64,000 nucleotides of DNA, taken from assembly GCA_944390735.1 (NCBI GenBank), contig CALXRL010000087.1:3031-67030 (forward strand), read 5' to 3'. The translations under genes were made by a program, and so were the position numbers. The notes under the pieces were generated by a model, which saw only the letters and a program-made list of their open reading frames with translations, was not told the origin of the DNA and did not search any database. Positions 16,721 to 26,579 of this stretch are shown here, piece by piece (positions within the stretch are counted from its first letter, which is position 1; each line of letters begins with the position of its first letter). Origin of the DNA: an uncultured Victivallales bacterium. GTDB taxonomy: Bacteria; Verrucomicrobiota; Lentisphaeria; Victivallales; UBA1829.

Positions 16721-17521
16721 TTATTGTATGGCGCGCCAGTTCCGGTTGCGGAACGGGTCGAATTTTGTGAGAACGTGTTTGAGGTTTCCGGTGTGTCCGT
16801 CGGCATAGAGAAGATTGACGCTCAGATTATGGCGGTAGTCCACGTGATTGACACTGTCCGCATACTGCGTGGTCCCCTCTTCGCCGAGTTTGCCCTGCGC
16901 GGCGGAGTAGTCAAGACGGTAATTGACGCTGTCGAGCAGCGCAAACAGATTCGAGGGCGATCTGATTTTGCTGGTTTTTGCTCCGAGATAGCATGGATAC
17001 AGATCCCAGTTCAGATTTCCGTCCGCGTCGACACCCGCCTGGCCGTTGGCTCCATAGCTGGTATGCTTGCGTGCGGGAGCCGCATGGGAGAGCGGATATC
17101 GCTGCTCCATGTTCTCCGGACAGCGCCAGAAACCGAGACTGGATGGAGTCTCCACCTCCGCAAGCAGACCGTCCGGAGGCGCCGGAAGCGTTTTGGAATC
17201 GGTCAGCATGGTCATCCAGAACGGCGCCGTGTTGTAGGGACTGGCGGAGTGCGGAAGCTGACCGTCGAAGGTGTCGGCATACGTGTTGAAGGCCGTCCCG
17301 AACTGCTTCATGTTTGCGGTACAGGAAATCTGCCTCGCTTTTCCCCGGGCTGAGTTCAGCGCGGGAAGAAGCATCCCCGCAAGGATTGCAATAATGGCAA
17401 TAACCACGAGGAGCTCTATCAATGTGAAATTTTCCGTCCGCGGTCCGATTCTCCGGAAGGGATGTGTTCCGGCTTGCACTTGATGCTGTTTCTGCTTCAT
17501 TGAGTTTCCTTTTCGATTCAT
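16721..17521 (-). CDS. prepilin-type N-terminal domain protein with C-terminal H-X9-DG motif (pseudopilin-like, DUF1559-like)
   Basis: It has [29 protein letters not shown] and the C-terminal [13 protein letters not shown]. Its ATG overlaps the upstream regulator stop as ATGA. Confidence 0.9.
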   Translation of the reverse strand: MNRKGNSMKQKQHQVQAGTHPFRRIGPRTENFTLIELLVVIAIIAILAGMLLPALNSARGKARQISCTANMKQFGTAFNTYADTFDGQLPHSASPYNTAPFWMTMLTDSKTLPAPPDGLLAEVETPSSLGFWRCPENMEQRYPLSHAAPARKHTSYGANGQAGVDADGNLNWDLYPCYLGAKTSKIRSPSNLFALLDSVNYRLDYSAAQGKLGEEGTTQYADSVNHVDYRHNLSVNLLYADGHTGNLKHVLTKFDPFRNRNWRAIQ

Positions 17522-18714
17522 ATAAAAGATTTTATCTGTCGGAGGACCGGCCGGGAGAAAGTCATGGAGCAGCGACCTGTGACTCCTTCCAGAAAGTCCT
17601 GATACAGTTCATACAGAGCGATTGCGCGGGCGCGGGAATCAAAATCAATGGAGGAGAAGCCCTCCGCTTCCGAAAGACCGTTGTTGTCGCAGCCGAGAAA
17701 ACGGAACTTCTTCAAATCCGCATTCATCCGCCGGAGACGGCTGCGCAGGGAGACGGCGGTTTCATCATTGGCGCACACACACAGAATCCGGGAGCGGCGC
17801 GCGGTGCGCTTCAGCAGCGTGCGTGCGGTTTTCGAATTGATGAATCCGCTCAGATCCCCGCTGTTGTCCGGGCGGATGAAAAAATCGGATTTGAGATAAT
17901 CGAACGGCAGATTTCTGGTGCGTGCGAAATCCGCGCAGGTCTGGGCGCGGCTGTCCGCGAAAAAGGCGGCGGATTCGTTGGCCGTGTAGACCAGGTGTTC
18001 CGCACCGTCGGCAAGATGATGCAGCGCCTCCAGAAGCGCCGTGTGGTTGTTGACAACCGTGAATCCGGTGCCCGGACGGAAAAAATCAGCGAACTGCATC
18101 ACTTCCTCGGTATCCTGCATATAGAGTGTCAGCGCAATTTTCTCTTTCTGAAGCGTCTCCAGAAGCTCCTGCCAGGGGTAGAGTGTGTTGCGGTTCGGGC
18201 GCATGGCGGCCCACCGGATTCCGTTTCCCCGGAGGGAGCGGAGGAGCTGGGAAAGATCGTTCCAGGTCCGCCACTGGTTCTCGCGGAGATTGTAGACGAC
18301 CAGGCGGATTCCGTGGGCCTGGAAGGTTCGTTCGATTTCATCGACCAGCTGCCAGCGGATGTCCTCCCGGCAGAGATTGTCGTCGCAGTTGTTGGTGAGG
18401 AGCAGGGCGATGCAGCTGCCGGTCTGCGGTTTGCTGTCCACGGGACGGCGGGCCTCCACGGCGCGCTTCAGAATACGGCTTCCTGTTTTCGTGGAGGTCT
18501 GGATGTATCCGTCCCGTTGCAGTTTGGCCAGCGCGCGGCGGACCGTGTTGCGGGAGAGTTCATAGCGTTTGGCCAGCTCCTCCTGCGTCGGCAGGAACTC
18601 CTGTTCCGGAGGCATCGTGGAGAATTCATCCAGCAGAAGACGTTTCAGCAGTTCATACCGCGGAATAAAGCGTCCTTTTTCATAGTGATAATCCTGCAGT
18701 CGGCGTTCCGGCAT
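17518..18714 (-). CDS. AraR-type regulator: GntR-family wHTH fused to a LacI/PBP1-like sugar-binding domain
   Basis: The HTH region is [31 protein letters not shown]. The C-terminal region [15 protein letters not shown]...[11 protein letters not shown] resembles the LacI family. Confidence 0.85.
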   Translation of the reverse strand: MPERRLQDYHYEKGRFIPRYELLKRLLLDEFSTMPPEQEFLPTQEELAKRYELSRNTVRRALAKLQRDGYIQTSTKTGSRILKRAVEARRPVDSKPQTGSCIALLLTNNCDDNLCREDIRWQLVDEIERTFQAHGIRLVVYNLRENQWRTWNDLSQLLRSLRGNGIRWAAMRPNRNTLYPWQELLETLQKEKIALTLYMQDTEEVMQFADFFRPGTGFTVVNNHTALLEALHHLADGAEHLVYTANESAAFFADSRAQTCADFARTRNLPFDYLKSDFFIRPDNSGDLSGFINSKTARTLLKRTARRSRILCVCANDETAVSLRSRLRRMNADLKKFRFLGCDNNGLSEAEGFSSIDFDSRARAIALYELYQDFLEGVTGRCSMTFSRPVLRQIKSFI

Positions 18715-18741
18715 CTTGCGATTCTCCCTTTTGCTGATTTC

Positions 18742-18770
18742 ATTTTAGCATGAGAGAGCGCCTTTGACAA
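18742..18770 (-). promoter_or_regulatory. sigma70-type promoter candidate for the cassette A operon (TTGTCA-N17-TAAAAT on the minus strand)
   Basis: The plus strand reads atttta at 18742-18747 and tgacaa at 18765-18770 with a 17-nt spacer. The site lies about 28 nt upstream of ATG 18714. Confidence 0.45.
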
Positions 18771-18798
18771 TCCCCTTTTTTGAAATAGAGACGTTTTT

Positions 18799-19323
18799 TC
18801 AGGACCAAATAAGGATCAAATGGCAGAATAGGGAATAATTTCCCTCCGGGGAATGCTCCGGGATCGGCACGGAACGGGAGAATGCCGTTCTGAAAATCCG
18901 GAGAGAGCTTTCCCCGGACATCGCCATCCGGTCCGAGAGCCCGGACGTGAAAGCGGGTTCCGGTTCTCCCGTGGAGCTGATGGCGTGGCGTTCCTGGAGC
19001 ATCCGGGTCAGACGTTCCTGCTCCCCGGCAGGAAGGGAGGTTTTGTCGTGACAGACGGTCCATTCCTCGGGAATGGGATCTCCCTGAACGGCGATGGCGA
19101 TTCCGGCAATCACTCCCAGCTGCTGAAACTCCGCATCCGTCTCCTGCGGAGCTTCCCGGGAGAAAAAGTCCTGCGGAACCAGACGGACATATTTCTGTTC
19201 CGCCGCGGCCGCATCTCCCCGGAGAAACCGCACCGTACCGATCCGGTCGGAAAGCGGCATCCGGAGAAAATTAGATTCTTCTAAAAAAAGAGAGGTTTCC
19301 GCTGGCGTTTCCCCGGGGATCAT
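18799..19323 (-). CDS. hypothetical protein (174 aa)
   Basis: By eye its codon usage resembles neighbouring genes. It is divergent from copA. I see no recognisable motif, and a competing plus-strand ORF exists at 18853..19284. Confidence 0.4.
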   Translation of the reverse strand: MIPGETPAETSLFLEESNFLRMPLSDRIGTVRFLRGDAAAAEQKYVRLVPQDFFSREAPQETDAEFQQLGVIAGIAIAVQGDPIPEEWTVCHDKTSLPAGEQERLTRMLQERHAISSTGEPEPAFTSGLSDRMAMSGESSLRIFRTAFSRSVPIPEHSPEGNYSLFCHLILIWS

Positions 19324-19388
19324 GGTATATTTCCGGAAAAGAGAAGCAGTCGGGGAAGAGGGGATTTCCCAGGCGGGAGGTGTTGAAA

Positions 19389-21578
19389 ATGGAAAAAATG
19401 ATTTTTCAGGTGACCGGGATGCACTGCGCGGGCTGTGCGGCGAATGTGGAGCGAAGTGTGAAAAAACTCTCCGGGGTGTCGGAGGTCTATGTCAGCATTG
19501 GTTCCAGAACGATGGAACTGCAGCGGGATCCTTCCGTGGTGACGACGGAGGAGATTCTGGAGGCGGTCCGGAAGGCGGGCTTCGAGGCGGAAGTTCTGAC
19601 GCAGGAGAACAAGGGCAGGGAGGTGGTCGACGAGGAGGAGACCGCCTCCTATTTCCGACGGTTTCTGACGGCGCTGGTGTTCGGTCTCCTTCTCTGCTAT
19701 GCGGCCATGCACCGGATGGCGGGTCTGCCCTGGTTTTCGACGACCGTGCGGGCCGATGCATGGATACAGATCCTTCTTCTGATTCCGGTCCTGATTGCGG
19801 GACGGCGGTTTTACAGCTCGGGATTGCGGACGCTTCTGCGTCTTGCGCCGAACATGGATTCGCTGATTGCGCTCTGCACGGGGGGTGCGGTGGTGTACAG
19901 TCTCTTCCGGATGGTCCGGGGGGAGTATGGACATCTGTACTTTGATACGGCCGGCATGATTGTGGCGCTGATTATGCTGGGAAAGTTTCTGGAGTCGCGT
20001 TCGCGCCGGAAGGCGTCGGGAGCGATCCGGGAACTGATGAAGCTGGCGCCGGAGACCGCGTGCGTGGTGCGGTCCGGTTCCGAGACCGTGATTCCCGTGG
20101 CGGAGGTGCGGAGAGGAGATCTTCTCCGGGTCCGTCCCGGCGACCGGATCCCGGTGGACGGAACGGTGACGGAAGGCGCCTCCTCCGTCGATGAGTCCAT
20201 GCTGACGGGAGAGCCGCTTCCGGTGGAGAAAACGGCCGGATCCCGTGTGACGGGCGGTTCCGTTAATTGCGACGGCACTCTTCTGATGCGCGCGGAACAG
20301 ATCGGCGGCGAAACCGCTCTGGCCCGGATGATCGGGATGATCCGCGAGGCGCAGGGATCGCGTCCTCCGGTGGCGGCGCTGGCGGATCTGGTCTCCGGAT
20401 ATTTTGTCTGGGGGGTGATTGCCATTTCGATTCTGACGTTTCTTCTCTGGTTTGGAATCGGGAAAGCGGCGTTTGCCGAAGCGCTGGAGTTTTCTTTGTC
20501 GGTTCTGGTGGTTGCCTGTCCCTGTGCGCTGGGACTTGCCACTCCGATCGCCCTGATCGCGGGAATCGGACGGGGTGCGCGGCTCGGAATCCTGATTCGA
20601 AACGGGAGCGCGCTGGAGACCGCCGCCCGGGTCGATACCGTGGTGTTCGACAAAACCGGAACGGTGACGGAAGGGCGCCCGGATGTGGCGGCCGTCCTGC
20701 CCGCGGCCGGATCGGAGGTGACGGAAGAGGAACTTCTGGCTCTTGCGGGCGGAGCGGAACGCCATTCGGAGCATCCGCTGGCCGCCGCGATTGTGCGGGA
20801 GGCGGAGGCGCGAGGGATTCCGCTGAAAACAGGTTCCGCGTTCCGGGCACTGGCGGGAGCGGGCGTCTCCTGTGATCTTGACGGACAGCGACTGCTGGTC
20901 GGCAGCGCGGCTCTCATGCGGGAGAACGGAATGGATCCCGGATCGGCCGGATGTTCGGAGAGTGCGAATGCGGAAGTGTATGTCGCTTCCGACGGGCGTC
21001 TTCTGGGGGTACTTCTTCTGGCGGACCGGATCCGGCCGGATGCCGCGGAAAGCGTGCGTCGTCTTCATGCGATGGGGCTGTCGTGTCAGCTGCTGAGCGG
21101 GGATACTCCGCGTTCGGCGGAGGCGGTCGCCCGGGCGCTCGGATTCGACGGCTGTCATGCGGGCATTCTGCCGGGCGGGAAGGCGGAGCTGATCCGGACT
21201 CTTCAGAAGAAGGGTGCGCTTCTCGCCATGGTCGGCGACGGGATCAACGACGGGCCGGCCCTGGCGCAGGCGGATGTCGGAATCGCCGTCGGCACGGGGA
21301 CGGATGTGGCAATGGAGTCCGCCGACATGGTCCTGATGCGCAGCGCTCTTCTGGACGTTCCCGCGGCGCTTGGCCTGAGCCGTGCCGTGATGCGCATCAT
21401 CCGGGAGAATCTTTTCTGGGCGTTTTTCTATAACGGGATCTGCATTCCGGTTGCGGCGGGGGTTCTGTATGCGTTCGGGGGACCGCGGCTCAGTCCGGTG
21501 CTCTGTGCGGCGGCGATGGCGTGCAGCTCCCTTTTCGTGGTGCTGAACGCACTCCGGCTGAAACGGTTCCGGGGATGA
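19389..21578 (+). CDS. copA: copper/heavy-metal translocating P1B-type ATPase
   Basis: It has the HMA motif GMHCAGC, the CPC motif [11 protein letters not shown], and the motifs DKTGTVT and [10 protein letters not shown]. The start is placed at ATG 19389, 8 nt after GGGAGG; the in-frame GTG at 19380 is an alternative. Confidence 0.93.
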   Translation: MEKMIFQVTGMHCAGCAANVERSVKKLSGVSEVYVSIGSRTMELQRDPSVVTTEEILEAVRKAGFEAEVLTQENKGREVVDEEETASYFRRFLTALVFGLLLCYAAMHRMAGLPWFSTTVRADAWIQILLLIPVLIAGRRFYSSGLRTLLRLAPNMDSLIALCTGGAVVYSLFRMVRGEYGHLYFDTAGMIVALIMLGKFLESRSRRKASGAIRELMKLAPETACVVRSGSETVIPVAEVRRGDLLRVRPGDRIPVDGTVTEGASSVDESMLTGEPLPVEKTAGSRVTGGSVNCDGTLLMRAEQIGGETALARMIGMIREAQGSRPPVAALADLVSGYFVWGVIAISILTFLLWFGIGKAAFAEALEFSLSVLVVACPCALGLATPIALIAGIGRGARLGILIRNGSALETAARVDTVVFDKTGTVTEGRPDVAAVLPAAGSEVTEEELLALAGGAERHSEHPLAAAIVREAEARGIPLKTGSAFRALAGAGVSCDLDGQRLLVGSAALMRENGMDPGSAGCSESANAEVYVASDGRLLGVLLLADRIRPDAAESVRRLHAMGLSCQLLSGDTPRSAEAVARALGFDGCHAGILPGGKAELIRTLQKKGALLAMVGDGINDGPALAQADVGIAVGTGTDVAMESADMVLMRSALLDVPAALGLSRAVMRIIRENLFWAFFYNGICIPVAAGVLYAFGGPRLSPVLCAAAMACSSLFVVLNALRLKRFRG

Positions 21579-21624
21579 TGCCTCCCCTTGCGCATTCCTC
21601 TTTTCCGGGGAGTGGAAACGAAGA

Positions 21625-21652
21625 TTGAAAAACAAAAAAAAAGAGGTATATT
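21625..21652 (+). promoter_or_regulatory. sigma70-type promoter candidate P1 upstream of rpsP (TTGAAA-N16-TATATT)
   Basis: TTGAAA lies at 21625-21630 and TATATT at 21647-21652. Confidence 0.45.
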
Positions 21653-21717
21653 ATCTCTTTCAGATGCAAAAAAGGCGGGAAAAAGTGCAATATTCGGAGA
21701 GAAATCGGCAAAAACGT

Positions 21718-21745
21718 TTGTAAAACAGAAAATCTCCGGTATATT
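21718..21745 (+). promoter_or_regulatory. sigma70-type promoter candidate P2 upstream of rpsP (TTGTAA-N16-TATATT)
   Basis: TTGTAA lies at 21718-21723 and TATATT at 21740-21745. It shares the 10-mer ggtatattat with P1. Confidence 0.45.
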
Positions 21746-21861
21746 ATAAGTCTTTTATTGCCGCCTGTGACGAAGACAGCAGCGAACGTCGGCGGGACGG
21801 CGCCATGTGGGCGCCGTTTCAAACAAGATGGACAAAAGCAGGAGAATGAAGGAAGTCCGCT

Positions 21862-22173
21862 ATGGTAAGAATCAGACTGAAAAAAACGGGTGCGAAGAAC
21901 TGGATCAGCTTCAGAATTGCGGTGTGCGATATCCGTTCTGCGCGCGACGGCTACATGGTAGAGGAACTCGGCTACTACGATCCGAAACACAGCGATGAGA
22001 AGATCGACGTGGAGCGCACGGAATACTGGATTTCCAAGGGCGCGCAGATGACGGAAACGGTCAAGCATATTCTCGATCGCGCGAAAGCCGGCAAGTCCAA
22101 AGTTCGCGGAGTGCCGGATGCAAAACCGAGAAAGAAGAACTTCAAGAAGACCGGCGAAGAGGCGGCTTCCTGA
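21862..22173 (+). CDS. rpsP: 30S ribosomal protein S16
   Basis: The sequence MVRIRLKKTGAKNWISFRIAVCDIRSARDGYMVEELGYYDP matches S16. Confidence 0.95.
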   Translation: MVRIRLKKTGAKNWISFRIAVCDIRSARDGYMVEELGYYDPKHSDEKIDVERTEYWISKGAQMTETVKHILDRAKAGKSKVRGVPDAKPRKKNFKKTGEEAAS

Positions 22174-22193
22174 GCAAGGGATGGAGAATTGAC

Positions 22194-22541
22194 GTGTTTT
22201 TTAAAACGTTGATGGGTTTGTTCGGCGCAGGCAAGGGCGGGGAGGAAAATCAGGAATCCTCCGTCCGGAAGTCCGGTGCGTCGGAACACGTTGCGACACT
22301 CAGCGATCTCGAGGGCTTTGTGGAATATGTTGTGAAGGCTCTCGTGGATGCTCCGGAGGAGGTCAAGGTCAGCACGGAAGAGGGCGAGAATTCCGTCCGT
22401 GTGATCAAGATCGTGTGCCGCAAGGAGGATACCGGCAAGATCATCGGCAGGAAGGGCAAGACGATCATCGCCTTGCGTTCCCTGGTCGGAGGAGCGGCCG
22501 GACGTCTGCAGGAACGTGTCACGGTTGAGGTGGTCGACTGA
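22194..22541 (+). CDS. KH-domain RNA-binding protein (YlqC/UPF0109-like)
   Basis: It uses a GTG start. The KH core is [29 protein letters not shown]. It sits between rpsP and trmD. Confidence 0.85.
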   Translation: MFFKTLMGLFGAGKGGEENQESSVRKSGASEHVATLSDLEGFVEYVVKALVDAPEEVKVSTEEGENSVRVIKIVCRKEDTGKIIGRKGKTIIALRSLVGGAAGRLQERVTVEVVD

Positions 22542-23239
22542 GTCTCCGGTTTGACATTATCACCCTTTTCCCGTCGATTTTTTTCGGGCCGCTGGGCGAA
22601 AGCATCGTCGGGCGGGCCATGGAGAAGGGGATCGTGCAGATAAACACCGTTGATCTGCGTGATTTCACGCACGATAATCACAAGACGGTGGATGATAAGC
22701 CTTACGGAGGCGGAGCCGGCATGCTGATGAAGCCGGAACCTCTGTTCGAGGCAGTGGAATCTTTGAAAAACAGTAAGACAAAAGTGTTGCTCACTTCTCC
22801 TTCCGGCGAGCCGTTTACCCAGCGGATCGCCCATGAACTGGCGAACGAGGAACATTTGATTGTCATTTGCGGACACTACGAGGGAGTTGACGAAAGGGTT
22901 CGTCAGGTTCTGGTTGACAGGGATATTTCGATTGGCGATTATGTCCTTACCAGCGGAAATCTTCCGGCGATGGTGATTGTCGATGCCGTGACCCGTCTGC
23001 TGCCGGGCGCGCTGGGTTCTCCTGAATCCGAAATCGACGAGTCCTTTGAAGACGGACTCCTTGAGTATCCGCAGTACACAAGACCGGCCGAATACAGAGG
23101 CTGGAAAGTTCCGGAAGTGCTTCTCTCCGGCAACCATCGGCAGATCGCCGAGTGGCGGAGAAGGGAGGCATGGAAGAGAACGGGACAGATCAGACCCGAT
23201 CTCTTGAACGTGAAACAAATTAACTCGTCGGAGGATTAG
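22538..23239 (+). CDS. trmD: tRNA (guanine37-N1)-methyltransferase; start codon uncertain (non-canonical)
   Basis: The ORF track begins at ATG 22619. However, the in-frame upstream codons encode [25 protein letters not shown], which is the conserved TrmD N-terminus. The downstream motifs [23 protein letters not shown] and [13 protein letters not shown] are present. The only start-like codon upstream is CTG at 22538. Confidence 0.85.
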   Translation: MSLRFDIITLFPSIFFGPLGESIVGRAMEKGIVQINTVDLRDFTHDNHKTVDDKPYGGGAGMLMKPEPLFEAVESLKNSKTKVLLTSPSGEPFTQRIAHELANEEHLIVICGHYEGVDERVRQVLVDRDISIGDYVLTSGNLPAMVIVDAVTRLLPGALGSPESEIDESFEDGLLEYPQYTRPAEYRGWKVPEVLLSGNHRQIAEWRRREAWKRTGQIRPDLLNVKQINSSED

Positions 23240-23243
23240 GAAT

Positions 23244-23708
23244 ATGAACAAGGTCATCAAGGCTATCGAGCAGAAGCAGTTGAAAGACAAAGTCACTGAC
23301 TTCAAAATCGGCGATACCGTAAAAGTCTATACGAAAATCGTCGAAGGCAGCAACGAGCGCATCCAGATGTTCTCTGGTGTCGTGATTGCCCGCAACGGCG
23401 CGGACATCCGTGAAACCTTCACGGTCAGACGCGTTTCGTTCGGCTACGGCGTGGAACGCGTGTTCCCGCTTCATTCCCCCCGCGTCGACCGGATTGAGGT
23501 CGAGCGCAAGGGCCGCGTCCGCAGAGCCAAACTCTACTATCTCAGAGACAAGGTCGGCAAAGGCGCCAAGATCAAGGAACAGCTTCGTTTTGCGGCGAAT
23601 GCCGCCGCTCCCGCTGTGCAGGCTCCGGCCGCGGAGGCCGCTCCCGCTCCGGAAGCCGCTCCCGCTCCGGAAGCCGCTCCCGCCGCGGAAGCTCCCGCTG
23701 CAAAATAA
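23244..23708 (+). CDS. rplS: 50S ribosomal protein L19 with an Ala/Pro-rich C-terminal extension
   Basis: The L19 core includes [33 protein letters not shown] and [10 protein letters not shown]. The tail reads [34 protein letters not shown]. Confidence 0.95.
   Translation: MNKVIKAIEQKQLKDKVTDFKIGDTVKVYTKIVEGSNERIQMFSGVVIARNGADIRETFTVRRVSFGYGVERVFPLHSPRVDRIEVERKGRVRRAKLYYLRDKVGKGAKIKEQLRFAANAAAPAVQAPAAEAAPAPEAAPAPEAAPAAEAPAAK
23637..23690 (+). repeat. three tandem 18-nt units (gccgctcccgctccggaa) inside the rplS tail
   Basis: The units lie at 23637-23654, 23655-23672 (identical to the first) and 23673-23690 (2 mismatches). They encode AAPAPE repeats. Confidence 0.9.
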
Positions 23709-23742
23709 CGGTTTGTTTTTTCGGCGGAGGGATCTGATTGCC

Positions 23743-24408
23743 ATGCAGGAATATCTCTCCGCTTCCGATCCGCTCCTCGTTCACGAAGTTCAATTCTGGA
23801 ACGAGGGGTTTTCTTTTCCGGCGGGAATTGATGAAGCCGGACGCGGCTGTCTGGCGGGGCCCGTCGTGGCGGCCGCCGTGGTCTTTACCGACCGCGCCCG
23901 CATCCCCGCCGGACTCAACGACTCCAAAAAACTGACGGAACTTCAGCGCGAGGAGCTCCGGGAACGAATTCTTGCGGAACCCTCCATTCTCTGGGGGATC
24001 GGCGAAGTTTCCGCCGCGCGGATTGATGAAATCGACATTCTCCGCGCGACCTGGGAGGCGATGGCGCAGGCGGTTTCCCGTGTGATCCCTCCGGCCGATT
24101 TCATTCTCGTGGACGGCAACCCGGTGCATGGACTGCCGCTGCCTTCCCGGAACATCGTGAAAGGGGATGCCTCCTCGGCTTCCATTGCCGCGGCAAGCAT
24201 CCTTGCCAAGACGCATCGCGACCGCTGGATGACGCAGGCCGCCTCCGACTATCCCGGATATGGATTCGAGATTCACAAAGGCTACGGCACGGCGCTCCAT
24301 CTGGAGGCCCTGAAGCAGCACGGCGTGACGCCGCTTCACCGCAGAACGTTCGCTCCGGTGCGGGAGATCCTCTTTCCGCCCGAATTCACCCAGCAGGAAC
24401 TGTTCTGA
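23743..24408 (+). CDS. rnhB: ribonuclease HII
   Basis: ORF 23386..24408 trimmed to ATG 23743. It has GIDEAGRGCLAGPVVAAAV, DSKKL and the later motif ASILAK. Confidence 0.9.
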   Translation: MQEYLSASDPLLVHEVQFWNEGFSFPAGIDEAGRGCLAGPVVAAAVVFTDRARIPAGLNDSKKLTELQREELRERILAEPSILWGIGEVSAARIDEIDILRATWEAMAQAVSRVIPPADFILVDGNPVHGLPLPSRNIVKGDASSASIAAASILAKTHRDRWMTQAASDYPGYGFEIHKGYGTALHLEALKQHGVTPLHRRTFAPVREILFPPEFTQQELF

Positions 24409-24498
24409 CGTCTCCTTCGCCCGGAGAGGGGGAGAGAGGGAAAAGGATTCTTTCGCCTGAAGCGGATGAAGATCGGCTTTTTCCCGACGGCGGGGGGA

Positions 24499-24526
24499 TT
24501 GCATTTTCCGCGGATCCGGCTATATT
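24499..24526 (+). promoter_or_regulatory. sigma70-type promoter candidate for the MATE gene (TTGCAT-N16-TATATT)
   Basis: TTGCAT lies at 24499-24504 and TATATT at 24521-24526. Confidence 0.4.
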
Positions 24527-24612
24527 ACAGCTCTTATGGCGTTTCGCGGATCGCCGCGGAACAGAAAGAACGGGTTCGCCTCCGTTTCCTTGAATTGGAT
24601 TTGAGATTCAGA

Positions 24613-26094
24613 ATGTTCCATTTTATCAATCGTTTGTCGGGAATCGTTGCCGGGTATTTCAGCAGAAGACAGTTTTATGAACCGGGCGGTTATATCGAAA
24701 TCTGGAAAATCGCATGGCCTCTGATTATTCTGAGCGCCAGCAATACGGTGATGATGATTGTCAACCGGATTTTTCTAGCACGGAATTCGCCGGAGGAGAT
24801 CGCCGCCGCGATGCCCGCGGGTCAGATGTTCTTCACTCTGATGGCGCTCTTCCTGATTACGACCAGTTTTACGGCGACGATCGTTTCGCAGTATTACGGG
24901 GCGGGCGATCGCAGCGGCTGCGTGAAGACGGCGTGGAACGGTTTTTATTTCGGAGCTGCGGTTGCGGCTCTTCTTGCGTTTCTTCTGCCGCTGGGAGGGC
25001 AGGCGATCATTGCGCACAACGGTCATGATGCGACGATTGCGCGATATGAGCTGGAGTACTTTGTCGGGATGGCTCCCTGCGCGGGACTGACCTGCATGGA
25101 AACCGCGTTTTTCTCCTTTTTCACGGGGAGGGGAAAGACGACCTTTGTCGCGAAAGTCAAGATTTTGGGCTGTCTGATCAACATTCCGCTGAACTATGTG
25201 CTGATTTTCGGGGAGCTGGGACTTCCTCCGCTCGGCATTCTGGGAGCCGGACTTGCGAACTCGCTGGCGAATCTCTGCACGATGCTGATTGCGCTGACCT
25301 GCTTCCTTCTGGTGGATCAGAGGGAGTATGAGACCCGTTCGCACCGGGAGTTCGACTGGTCGTGCATCCGGAAACTGCTTCTGTTCGGAACGCCGGCGGG
25401 ATTGCAGACCTTCATCCGGAACGCGGCGTTCGCCATTGTGGTGATGATGATCGGATACGCGGGGAACGAGGAGCTGGCGGCAACCAGCATTGCGCTCTCC
25501 ATCAACATGCTGGGCAATATGCCGATGATCGGACTGATGGACGCCACCAGCATCATTACGGGACAGTACATCGGCAAAAGACGGCTGCTGGTTGCGCAGC
25601 GGATCTGCTGGCGGTCGTGGAGAATTCTGTTTGTCTGGATGATGTTCGCCTCACTGTTTTATCTGTTCTGTCCGGAGCTTCTGGTCAGCGTGTTCGGATC
25701 CGGCAAGAGCGGTGTGACGAACATGGATTTTGAGAAGGTGGTCCGCTATGTGGTGATCATTCTGCATTTTGCGGTGGTTTTCAATCTGCTGGATGCGACG
25801 CGGTTCATCACGATGGGCAGTCTCCGCGGAGCGGGCGACACGAAAATACCGCTCTGCATCGGCGTTTCGACCTCGTGGCTGATTCAGATTCCGGGAACGG
25901 TGTATCTGGTCTACTGTGCGCACGCGGGGATCGCGGCGATCTGGACTCTTCTCACCTTCTACATTGCGATGGACGCCGCGCTGATGGTTTACCGGCGGCG
26001 GACCGGCGCATGGAAGAAGATCCGGGTGATCGACCTTCCGCCCGCGCCTGCCGAAGAGGAGGAGGCGAATCTGGAGCGGAACTACTGCGTCTGA
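24613..26094 (+). CDS. MATE family efflux transporter
   Basis: ORF 24466..26094 trimmed to ATG 24613. The multi-TM hydrophobic profile and size are typical of the NorM/MATE family. The start is uncertain. Confidence 0.75.
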   Translation: MFHFINRLSGIVAGYFSRRQFYEPGGYIEIWKIAWPLIILSASNTVMMIVNRIFLARNSPEEIAAAMPAGQMFFTLMALFLITTSFTATIVSQYYGAGDRSGCVKTAWNGFYFGAAVAALLAFLLPLGGQAIIAHNGHDATIARYELEYFVGMAPCAGLTCMETAFFSFFTGRGKTTFVAKVKILGCLINIPLNYVLIFGELGLPPLGILGAGLANSLANLCTMLIALTCFLLVDQREYETRSHREFDWSCIRKLLLFGTPAGLQTFIRNAAFAIVVMMIGYAGNEELAATSIALSINMLGNMPMIGLMDATSIITGQYIGKRRLLVAQRICWRSWRILFVWMMFASLFYLFCPELLVSVFGSGKSGVTNMDFEKVVRYVVIILHFAVVFNLLDATRFITMGSLRGAGDTKIPLCIGVSTSWLIQIPGTVYLVYCAHAGIAAIWTLLTFYIAMDAALMVYRRRTGAWKKIRVIDLPPAPAEEEEANLERNYCV

Positions 26095-26234
26095 TCCGGG
26101 GAGCCGGAACGGAGGCGGCCGGAGCGGATGCATCCGGAAAGATCGAGGTCGGACGGGACCGGCGGATCCCGTTCCCGCTTCCGCGGAAAAGCATGCGCAA
26201 AGCCAAAGATATCGGCCTTTCTTCTTTTTCATCA

Positions 26235-26262
26235 TTGCTTTTTCCCGATTTTGTGATATAGT
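26235..26262 (+). promoter_or_regulatory. sigma70-type promoter candidate for ptsH-ptsI (TTGCTT-N16-TATAGT with TG extension)
   Basis: TTGCTT lies at 26235-26240 and tgaTATAGT at 26254-26262. Confidence 0.5.
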
Positions 26263-26300
26263 ATCGACCGTTGAATTTCAAATTTTCAGGAGTGAACAAT

Positions 26301-26579
26301 ATGGGAACGGCCTCAACCACGGCTGAATGCGTCATCAAAAACAAACTGGGTCTGCATGCCAGGCCGGCTTCGCTTTTTGTCCAGACGGCCGCAAAATTTG
26401 ACAGTGACATCACCGTCAGGAAGGGGGACGAGGTCGCCAACGGGAAAAGTCTGATGAGTATGCTGGTCCTTTCCGCCGCATGCGGATCGAAACTGATCAT
26501 CACCGCCAGAGGACCGGATGCTGAACAGGCGGTCAAGGCACTGAACGAACTCATAGACAGACGATTTGATGAAGAGTGA
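26301..26579 (+). CDS. ptsH: phosphocarrier protein HPr
   Basis: ORF trimmed to ATG 26301, which follows an AGGAG RBS. It has the His-15 region NKLGLHARPAS and the Ser-46 region NGKSLMSML. Confidence 0.9.
   Translation: MGTASTTAECVIKNKLGLHARPASLFVQTAAKFDSDITVRKGDEVANGKSLMSMLVLSAACGSKLIITARGPDAEQAVKALNELIDRRFDEE

Noticed and set aside
18853-19284. 143-aa plus-strand ORF competing with the 174-aa minus-strand ORF
   Set aside because: Its translation is Arg/Gly-rich and less protein-like than the minus-strand frame. Neither is well supported, so only the minus-strand ORF is listed, at low confidence.
19320-21635. 771-aa minus-strand ORF covering all of copA
   Set aside because: copA on the plus strand has every P-type ATPase motif. 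The antisense translation is Arg/Pro/His-rich and unlike a real protein.
22619-23239. ORF-track start of trmD at ATG 22619
   Set aside because: This start would remove 27 residues that match the conserved TrmD N-terminus. See the finding on the non-canonical start.
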